Part shown: positions 1 through 5,659 of the stretch, one piece after another | Layout of the letters: each line of letters opens with the position of its first letter | Numbering within the stretch: the stretch's first letter is position 1 | NCBI GenBank assembly: GCA_039920285.1 | Contig: JBDSDX010000001.1 | Span: 180,001 to 212,000, forward strand | Length of the DNA stretch: 32,000 nt | Direction: 5' to 3' | Source of the DNA: Candidatus Saccharimonadota bacterium | GTDB taxonomy: Bacteria > Patescibacteriota > Saccharimonadia > Saccharimonadales > Saccharimonadaceae | Position numbers and translations under genes: made by a program | The notes under the pieces: model-generated | What the model saw: the letters and a program-made list of their open reading frames with translations, nothing else | What the model was told of the DNA's origin: nothing | Databases searched by the model: none

Positions 1-519
1 ATTAGTATGGTGATCGCCGTGCTCGCGATTGGCGGTACGATCATTGCCTCTCGAAACACTTATTTCGTCTCAAATGTGTTGCTCCATGAAAATGCGACAA
101 CTGGTGCAGCGATTAATTCGAATGAAGGTCACGTCAACTCTTTGTCTGATGGGTTGGATCGTATGGTCCACCAACCGCTGGGCGGGGGAATTGGCAGCAC
201 GGGATCGGCGTCGTTATTTGGAAATCAGCCATTGATAATTGAAAACCAGTATCTTTTTATTGCTCATGAAGCTGGCTGGGTTGGGTTAGTGCTCTTCCTT
301 GTCATCACCTGGAAGATTATGAGAATACTGTGGGTGCGACGAGCAGATTGGCTCGCCCTAGGGGTATTTGCTAGTGGTGTCGGACTATTGATTATTGGAT
401 TACTCTTACCTGTTTTGGCTGATGATACAGTGTCATTAATATGGTGGGGATTAGCAGCAATAGTGATTGGAGGAGTCAATGAGCGAACGATCAACAAAAC
501 GACAAAAAGAACTGCTTGA
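1..519 (+). CDS. O-antigen ligase/polymerase-like polytopic membrane protein, C-terminal part (5' end outside window)
   Basis: The ORF is open from the window edge, in the frame of track ORF 7..519. It has hydrophobic helices plus the loop GGGIGSTGSASLF...ENQYLFIAHEAGWVGL, which resembles the Wzy_C/O-antigen-ligase loop. Confidence 0.5.
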   Translation: MSMVIAVLAIGGTIIASRNTYFVSNVLLHENATTGAAINSNEGHVNSLSDGLDRMVHQPLGGGIGSTGSASLFGNQPLIIENQYLFIAHEAGWVGLVLFLVITWKIMRILWVRRADWLALGVFASGVGLLIIGLLLPVLADDTVSLIWWGLAAIVIGGVNERTINKTTKRTA

Positions 520-907
520 TTTCGTTGATGCATTTATTCAGCAGTATGGCTACGGTCCTAGCTACCGAGAAATTATGAATGCGCTGAATTATAAGTCAGT
601 TTCGACGGTCGCTATTCATATTGATAACCTCATCACTAAAGGATACTTACGAAAACGAGATAATTCAGCTCGTTCACTCGGAGTGGTCACTACGCAGTTT
701 ACTGGTGGTGATGCGAAGTCGAAAGGTCCAACTGCCTCGCAAGAGAAATGGTTGGTGAGTGCAATTAACGAACGTTTTGATCGGTATGCCAGCACCCCAA
801 ACCAGATGACACTCGATGAGCTGTACGTCCTTATTGGGACGCTAAAAATTCTTGGACTCGACGATGCGCATGAGTCAACCAAAGCACGTCTCGGCAAACT
901 TCGATAA
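479..907 (+). CDS. LexA-N-terminal-like winged-helix DNA-binding protein lacking the S24 peptidase domain
   Basis: TKRQKELLDFVDAFIQQYGYGPSYREIMNALNYKSVSTVAIHIDNLITKGYLRK matches the LexA DNA-binding domain pattern. ATG 479 is preceded by GGAGGAG (469-475). The track's TTG start at 467 is less likely. At only 142 aa, no Ser/Lys peptidase domain is present. Confidence 0.65.
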   Translation: MSERSTKRQKELLDFVDAFIQQYGYGPSYREIMNALNYKSVSTVAIHIDNLITKGYLRKRDNSARSLGVVTTQFTGGDAKSKGPTASQEKWLVSAINERFDRYASTPNQMTLDELYVLIGTLKILGLDDAHESTKARLGKLR

Positions 908-937
908 GAGTGTTGATAATATAACATCAATCCGTCC

Positions 938-966
938 TTGAAGCATAAGGATAATACCTCTATACT
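938..966 (+). promoter_or_regulatory. candidate sigma70-type promoter (TTGAAG-17-TATACT) upstream of ORF 999
   Basis: TTGAAG lies at 938-943, followed by a 17-nt spacer and TATACT at 961-966. Confidence 0.35.
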
Positions 967-998
967 AAAGAAAAGTTCACTAAAAAATAAACACAACT

Positions 999-1286
999 AT
1001 GCAAGACGTCATCCCATATCACCAGCTTCATCGCCGCGGTAAACCCGCCGACCGTTTGCATATTCGTCCTCTGGGAAAGGTTGTGTATACAGAGAAAATT
1101 ATCGTCACACCCACCCAGATTATTGAGGTTGATACTATTACTTTCGAACCCACACCGATGGTTCGACCGATTGAATCATTAACCCCTGATGAAAAAGTTC
1201 TTGTTTTAGAACGCGCCCTCAATCGTGCACGTAATGAGGCAAGACTCGAACGTCGCCGTAGCCAAAAATGGCGCATCTTCGCCTAA
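999..1286 (+). CDS. hypothetical small basic protein (95 aa)
   Basis: ORF with a candidate upstream promoter. No recognisable domain and no obvious SD. Confidence 0.35.
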   Translation: MQDVIPYHQLHRRGKPADRLHIRPLGKVVYTEKIIVTPTQIIEVDTITFEPTPMVRPIESLTPDEKVLVLERALNRARNEARLERRRSQKWRIFA

Positions 1287-1303
1287 TTTACACCTCGAGG
1301 ATG

Positions 1304-1333
1304 TTGACTATTTGACAGAGGTAAAGGTATAAT
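1304..1333 (+). promoter_or_regulatory. candidate promoter of tRNA-Asn (TTGACT-18-TATAAT)
   Basis: TTGACT at 1304-1309 and TATAAT at 1328-1333. The tRNA 5' end (1345) lies 12 nt downstream of the -10 box. Confidence 0.45.
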
Positions 1334-1344
1334 ACGCTTTGTAT

Positions 1345-1419
1345 TCCGACGTAGCTCAATGGTGGAGCAAGAAGCTGTTAACTTCGAGGCTGCTGGTTCG
1401 AGTCCAGCCGTCGGAGCCA
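1345..1419 (+). tRNA. tRNA-Asn: tRNA-Asn (anticodon GTT), CCA encoded
   Basis: 75-nt cloverleaf folded by hand. Acceptor TCCGACG/CGTCGGA; D arm GCTC-AATGGTG-GAGC; anticodon stem AGAAG/CTTCG with loop CTGTTAA. T arm GCTGG-TTCGAGT-CCAGC; discriminator G followed by CCA. Confidence 0.9.
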
Positions 1420-3030
1420 AGTTGATTTCAACAAGTTCAAGTCAAGAGTTTGACGATTTTGTGAAGATATAGCAGAAGACCCAACAGGGGTCTTTTTGCT
1501 TTTATGATACAAAGAGTCGTTATTCTCAAGCGGTTCTAACGCAAGAAATTGACGTTCTAGTATAGAGTAATTTTCTTTGATTGGGATAAGCCAGCTTACG
1601 GGGGTGAAGGTTAATTCTTTATGCAATAAGTCGAGTTTCTGACCGAACATTGTTATCAATTCTCTTCGTTCCGATATCTGACCGCCATTGAACTTGTCTT
1701 GTGCCTTGCGAATGAAGTTGAGCAACGTGATTGTCTCTTTCGCTCCCTTACTCGGGTTAGATTTCAAACTCTCTAGTTTAGATTTACCAGATTCCAACTC
1801 CCCTAAAAGTAATGTCTTCTGTTCTAGATATTCATAGTCATCGATTAGACCCCTTGTCCGCATGCCCAATAGCTCCTTGAGCTCGCTATTGATACGCTCA
1901 AGGCTCGATGAATGAGAATCTATATCTTTACTGCTTTGAGTCGTTTCTGTCTCATCAAGCTCTTTTAATGCGTCTTCCGCCCATTCCAAGAACTTTGGAT
2001 GAATGTTATATTGCCCAAGTTCACGTATTACTTGCTCTTCTAACTCCAATTCTGTAAATGCGGGTTGTTTGCATATGACATTTTTCTTGCGATGAGTACA
2101 GTGATAATAAGTGTAAGCCTTACCTTTCTTATATTTGATCTCGCCTGTTACTAGACATTCGCATTCACCGCATTTCATAAGACCGCGATAGGCGAGAGGT
2201 ATTTTTTCGTCTTTTGCTCGTGGACTTGGCTCACCCTGCAAACGGTTGACGATAATTTGCTGTTCTTTGAATGTAATTATTGGAGGATGTGAACCTTGCC
2301 TTAGTTCACCATGCCACATGAAGTAGCCAGTATAAAAAGGATTGCGCAAGATATTATATAAAGTTGTACGGATCATCTGATTTCCGCCAGAGTGTTTATG
2401 CTGAATAGAACGATATCCACGAACATTATTCAGATGATTCATGGTTTCAGTGATAGTAGCTCCTGCAAGCATCATATCGAAAGCCTCTCTAATCAATGAC
2501 ACACGCTCCTCGTCGATAATAATTGTTTGAGTGAGCAGGTCGTTTTTATAGCCTGCTGGAGGAGTTCCGGGGTAATGTCCTTTGTCTACCTTGCTGTTAA
2601 GTCCTCGTTTTGTATTTACGCTAAGATCTCGAACGTATTGATTCGCCGATCCAGTATCGACGCTTAATACGAGTGCGTTGTCGGTCGGTAAGTATAAACG
2701 ACTATACGTTCTTATCTCCTTGATCACCTCGTTTTGCAAAAGGTGGCTGATAAGACCTGAATCAACAGCGTTTCTAGATAAACGATCAACACTCCAACAT
2801 AAGATTGCATCAGCTTCACCTGCTTGAATCATTTTCATTACTTTTTCAAAGACAGGGCGTACGTAGGGTGCTTTTGCTGACTTTGATTCTGATTCAACGG
2901 CAACGACATTAAGACCGTAAGTAACCGCTAGGCGTTCCATCTCGCGGGTTTGATCGTCGATAGACTGAACTTGTCGTTCATTGCCTTCACTTGATTTGCG
3001 TACATACAATACGTGTCTTAATTCTTTCAT
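1378..3030 (-). CDS. large serine recombinase (integrase)
   Basis: The N-terminal resolvase-type catalytic domain (LYVRKSSEGNERQVQSIDDQ...SVDRLSRN) is followed by a recombinase domain. A zinc-ribbon (CGECECLVTGE...YYHCTHRKKNVIC) and a coiled-coil tail follow. SD AGGAGAAAAAG lies before the ATG. The last 14 codons read antisense through the att repeat and the tRNA. Confidence 0.9.
   Translation of the reverse strand: MKELRHVLYVRKSSEGNERQVQSIDDQTREMERLAVTYGLNVVAVESESKSAKAPYVRPVFEKVMKMIQAGEADAILCWSVDRLSRNAVDSGLISHLLQNEVIKEIRTYSRLYLPTDNALVLSVDTGSANQYVRDLSVNTKRGLNSKVDKGHYPGTPPAGYKNDLLTQTIIIDEERVSLIREAFDMMLAGATITETMNHLNNVRGYRSIQHKHSGGNQMIRTTLYNILRNPFYTGYFMWHGELRQGSHPPIITFKEQQIIVNRLQGEPSPRAKDEKIPLAYRGLMKCGECECLVTGEIKYKKGKAYTYYHCTHRKKNVICKQPAFTELELEEQVIRELGQYNIHPKFLEWAEDALKELDETETTQSSKDIDSHSSSLERINSELKELLGMRTRGLIDDYEYLEQKTLLLGELESGKSKLESLKSNPSKGAKETITLLNFIRKAQDKFNGGQISERRELITMFGQKLDLLHKELTFTPVSWLIPIKENYSILERQFLALEPLENNDSLYHKSKKTPVGSSAISSQNRQTLDLNLLKSTWLRRLDSNQQPRS
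1401..1420 (+). repeat. attL-like direct repeat (AGTCCAGCCGTCGGAGCCAA), equal to the 3' end of tRNA-Asn
   Basis: An identical 20-mer recurs at 10819-10838. Confidence 0.75.
1477..1500 (+). terminator. rho-independent terminator downstream of the tRNA (inside the recombinase 3' coding region)
   Basis: AGACCC-aacag-GGGTCT followed by TTTTGCTTTT. Confidence 0.55.
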
Positions 3031-3052
3031 CTTTTTCTCCTACTACTTAAAA

Positions 3053-3146
3053 GAGGCGACCTGTTGCACACAACTCGAAAAGAATTGTACAGGCCGCCTC
3101 ATTTAAGAAGACGAAATACATTTTATCTTTTCGTAAGTTGTGTGCA
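3053..3146 (-). promoter_or_regulatory. structured 5' leader of the recombinase gene with two interleaved inverted repeats
   Basis: GAGGCGACCTGT (3053-3064) pairs with ACAGGCCGCCTC (3089-3100) at 11 of 12 positions. TGCACACAACT (3065-3075) pairs with AGTTGTGTGCA (3136-3146) at 11 of 11. On the mRNA strand the first helix is followed by UUUU and then the SD. Confidence 0.45.
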
Positions 3147-3220
3147 CTCTTATTTTACTATTAATGATTGTTTTCTGATACGGGTGTGATATAACTACAG
3201 GCTACAGCTTAAGTAGTTAC

Positions 3221-3229
3221 TACTATAGG
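3221..3229 (-). promoter_or_regulatory. island-specific TACTATAGG motif (reads CCTATAGTA on the minus strand and contains a TATAGT -10-like box), upstream of int
   Basis: The same 9-mer recurs at 4668-4676, and 8 of its 9 nt at 3815-3823. All three sit upstream of minus-strand transcription units of the island. Confidence 0.3.
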
Positions 3230-3298
3230 TAGCTATTCCCATAGAATGATATTTATATCAAACCTTTTGTCATTTGTCCCATTGTCTTACTTTAGTAG

Positions 3299-3610
3299 TT
3301 ACTTCCAAAGGCGCTCCAGGGGATCGGACGGTGGAGAAGACGGTTTTTTGTTGTGCGCTTCAACCGTTTTTATACAAGCTGCATGAATTTGCACCCAGAG
3401 ATCGCCGCCCGTCTCAAATGTTATGTCTTTATAGTACTTTGCACCTACTTTGTGACCTGGTGTCGTGACGTAATAAACCTCACCCTCAATAACTGAGTCT
3501 TGTACTATCATTCCCATGATATGTATACCAAGATCGTGTATTGAAACTTTTAGCCTAAAACGCGCCTTATCGGATTTGCCGAGAATTGAGGCATCAATCT
3601 GATGTTTCAT
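3299..3610 (-). CDS. hypothetical protein with weak SpoVG-like pattern (103 aa)
   Basis: The ORF start overlaps the stop of the upstream 47-aa ORF (ATGA). The segment RFRLKVSIHDLGIHIMGMIVQDSVIEGEVYYVTTPGHKVGAKYYKDITFETGGDLWVQIHAACI loosely parallels SpoVG (RAIASITLD..FVVHDIRVIDG..GLFVAMPSKR...FRDITHP...IQDAV). Confidence 0.45.
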   Translation of the reverse strand: MKHQIDASILGKSDKARFRLKVSIHDLGIHIMGMIVQDSVIEGEVYYVTTPGHKVGAKYYKDITFETGGDLWVQIHAACIKTVEAHNKKPSSPPSDPLERLWK

Positions 3611-3750
3611 ACAGCTTTCCTTTTAAGGATGCGTAGAATACGAACTAAGTGATTAGCCTCAAGTCTTGATTGCTCTAGGTCAATTGAAATACCTAAGCAG
3701 GTTTTGTATAGCGTTTGATATTCTTTTATTTTTTCCTCTGACAACGTCAT
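3607..3750 (-). CDS. small hypothetical protein (47 aa, MTLSEEKIKEYQTLYKTCLGISIDLEQSRLEANHLVRILRILKRKAV), not in the ORF track
   Basis: I translated this from the reverse complement. SD AGAGGAAAA lies 5 nt before ATG 3750, and its TGA overlaps the next gene's ATG (4-nt ATGA overlap). Confidence 0.4.
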   Translation of the reverse strand: MTLSEEKIKEYQTLYKTCLGISIDLEQSRLEANHLVRILRILKRKAV

Positions 3751-3769
3751 ATAGTTTTCCTCTAATATG

Positions 3770-3783
3770 ACTGAGCGCTCAGT
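3770..3783. promoter_or_regulatory. perfect 14-bp palindrome ACTGAGCGCTCAGT, candidate operator in the leader of the 47-aa/103-aa operon
   Basis: The sequence is its own reverse complement. It is a GC-rich island in AT-rich intergenic DNA, between the TATAGT motif (3815-3823) and the start codon at 3750. Confidence 0.35.
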
Positions 3784-3814
3784 ACTTATTTAATATTTAG
3801 CATATGCATAAAGA

Positions 3815-3838
3815 AACTATAGGTCTATAAAACTATAG
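3815..3838 (-). promoter_or_regulatory. tandem AACTATAG(G) motifs (3815-3823 and 3831-3838), candidate promoter/operator
   Basis: AACTATAGGTCTATAAAACTATAG, a direct repeat with 16-nt period. The minus strand reads CCTATAGTT. Confidence 0.3.
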
Positions 3839-3845
3839 TGGTTTA

Positions 3846-4658
3846 CTATGACGGAATATTCTTTATCTGACTAAGGATGTCTGATAGAGTATCACGGTTC
3901 TTATTTTGAACATATTTACCATTTTTTGAATTATGTTTTACGAAGTCATCAAGTATGTGATTAATTTCTTCACCTTCAAGATAGAGCGGGGTTTTTAGTT
4001 CAATGATGTTGTCCTTGCATTGAAAGAATAGGTAGTTTCGTGCTTTCTTCTTAAACCCTGAGTTTCTTACGACACTTGATAATGAACCAATGGGTTGACC
4101 TGCACCTATTCCTTTACCTTTTATGTAGCCATCTTCATCACGTTCAACGACACGCTCAATAATGAGTTTTCTGAATACATCTATGGCTCCACGATTATTG
4201 AAACGCTTTAGTTCTAGTTGTTTCTTGTTAACCATTAAATAAAGTTTACGATCTTCAACATGGAGGTCGCATCGCAAATCGTTGTGACTAAACTCCTTTA
4301 TCCTGAGCTCAATAGAGCTGGCGAGGCTACGAATCCTATCATCATCTATCACTTGAATTCTCCACCGAGTATGAACACGCATTTTTGGTATCCCAATAAT
4401 AGGAGTTTTTACCCAGAGATAAAAGTCTTTATCACGAGATGGTATGATCTTTATATATTTCTTCGTCTGCAGGTATTGGAGTAAATTTGAAATATTATAC
4501 TCTTTTGTGCGACCAATCTTGAATCCGTCCGCGAATGGATAGAGATACATGCCTTCGGTTTTGTATCCCCATTCATCATGGGCTTCCAAGATTTTCTTCA
4601 AAACATACACAACATGTGTCGTCATCTCGAAAGGGTAGGTATTATATTGATATCCCAT
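3846..4658 (-). CDS. hypothetical protein (270 aa), no recognisable domain
   Basis: Long ORF with AT-rich codon usage typical of the island. A TATAGT box lies 10 nt upstream of the ATG. Confidence 0.6.
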   Translation of the reverse strand: MGYQYNTYPFEMTTHVVYVLKKILEAHDEWGYKTEGMYLYPFADGFKIGRTKEYNISNLLQYLQTKKYIKIIPSRDKDFYLWVKTPIIGIPKMRVHTRWRIQVIDDDRIRSLASSIELRIKEFSHNDLRCDLHVEDRKLYLMVNKKQLELKRFNNRGAIDVFRKLIIERVVERDEDGYIKGKGIGAGQPIGSLSSVVRNSGFKKKARNYLFFQCKDNIIELKTPLYLEGEEINHILDDFVKHNSKNGKYVQNKNRDTLSDILSQIKNIPS

Positions 4659-4667
4659 AACTATCTC

Positions 4668-4683
4668 TACTATAGGCTATAGG
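4668..4683 (-). promoter_or_regulatory. TACTATAGG-CTATAGG motif pair immediately upstream of the 270-aa gene
   Basis: TACTATAGGCTATAGG. The minus strand reads CCTATAGCCTATAGTA, with TATAGT 10 nt from ATG 4658. Confidence 0.3.
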
Positions 4684-4783
4684 GTAATTTTTTTTGCGCG
4701 CGCACTAAGTACAGAAATGAGAAGACCAAAAGGGAAGGTAGGGTGCAGTTAATTTCTAACTTCAAATAGCAGGGGGGTATAAT

Positions 4784-5000
4784 CTCTTGCTCGCATAGAG
4801 TATGAGCAAGTGCTGGAGGAATTAACAGAGGTGACTGTTTAAAAGATGTGATATGATTATAAAGTCTAAACCAGTTGAAGCGATACATTTCTATATGTGT
4901 CGAGTTTGTGTCTACAAATGGGCACCCACTCGACAAAACAGTTAGGGACGCAAATCTCTTCTGCTGGTTTAGACACCTAGAGCTGGGTGTCCTTTTATTT
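4784..5000 (+). ncRNA. candidate structured leader or small RNA ending in a terminator just upstream of the DUF805 gene
   Basis: A TATAAT box sits at 4778-4783. Helices are CTTGCTC/GAGCAAG (4786-4792 with 4804-4810) and a long-range 10-bp helix TCTAAACCAG/CTGGTTTAGA (4865-4874 with 4964-4973). The long-range helix encloses GTCGAGT/ACTCGAC (4899-4905 with 4928-4934). The terminator is GACACC-8 nt-GGTGTC + CTTTTATTT (4972-5000). Confidence 0.3.
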
Positions 5001-5042
5001 CTGGACTATCCTCTCTTATCTAATAAATCAAGGAGGTAACAA

Positions 5043-5471
5043 ATGAACATTCTAGGCATAAGGTCACCAAGGTTTAATCGATTAACTTATCTATTATCTA
5101 TATTCTTTGCGATGTTTGTTTTTGTGGGTCTGGGAGTTATTCTCAGTTCGTTATTTGATGTTGCAATGGGTGTTAAAACCGATAGTTTTGAACCTAACCC
5201 ATTCATCTTCTTGCCGTTCTTTCTGGGTTATTATCTGTATCTTATCATGGCTGTAGTAAAACGATTACATGATCTGGACATACATGGAGCATGGTCGATA
5301 GCTTTCGCGGTTGCGATATTTATTCCGATCGTGAACCTTATTACTGGTTTGTATCTTTTATTCACTGACGGTAACGCGGGTGATAATAAATACGGTAAGC
5401 GTCCTCAAGTTGTTCACGTAATGGGTGTTGTCATATGGAAAAAATCATTAGAGATTGGCCAAACAGTTTAG
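5043..5471 (+). CDS. DUF805-family inner-membrane protein
   Basis: Strong SD AAGGAGG (5030-5036). Four hydrophobic helices and the family-typical motif KRLHDLDIHGAW. Confidence 0.7.
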   Translation: MNILGIRSPRFNRLTYLLSIFFAMFVFVGLGVILSSLFDVAMGVKTDSFEPNPFIFLPFFLGYYLYLIMAVVKRLHDLDIHGAWSIAFAVAIFIPIVNLITGLYLLFTDGNAGDNKYGKRPQVVHVMGVVIWKKSLEIGQTV

Positions 5472-5659
5472 CGTAGACGGCTATGAGTGAAGATAGACTT
5501 GAGCTGCGCAGGAAACAAGATGCTCTATCGCTGGCTCAACTACTTTACGATATTTATGTTAAATAAGAGTAATCTATAAGCTGTGGTGCAAACTACTTAA
5601 CAGAGGTATAATGGTGACCAGAGTAGCGAAAGTTTGTAAACAGTTAGGTGTTTGAGGCG

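Noticed and set aside
911-930. Apparent palindrome TGTTGATAATATAACATCAA after the LexA-like gene as a LexA/SOS box
   Set aside because: On checking, the two halves are not reverse complements of each other. It is only AT-rich sequence with partial symmetry.
4670-4936. 88-aa ORF on the minus strand between the 270-aa gene and the DUF805 gene
   Set aside because: It has no SD or promoter, and its composition is odd (low-complexity, Cys/Leu/Pro-rich). The region is better explained by + strand RNA helices and a terminator.
5483-5566. 27-aa ORF (MSEDRLELRRKQDALSLAQLLYDIYVK) between the DUF805 gene and the PHP-ABC ATPase gene
   Set aside because: It is too short, has no convincing SD, and cannot be supported from sequence alone. 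It could be a leader peptide, but I do not call it.
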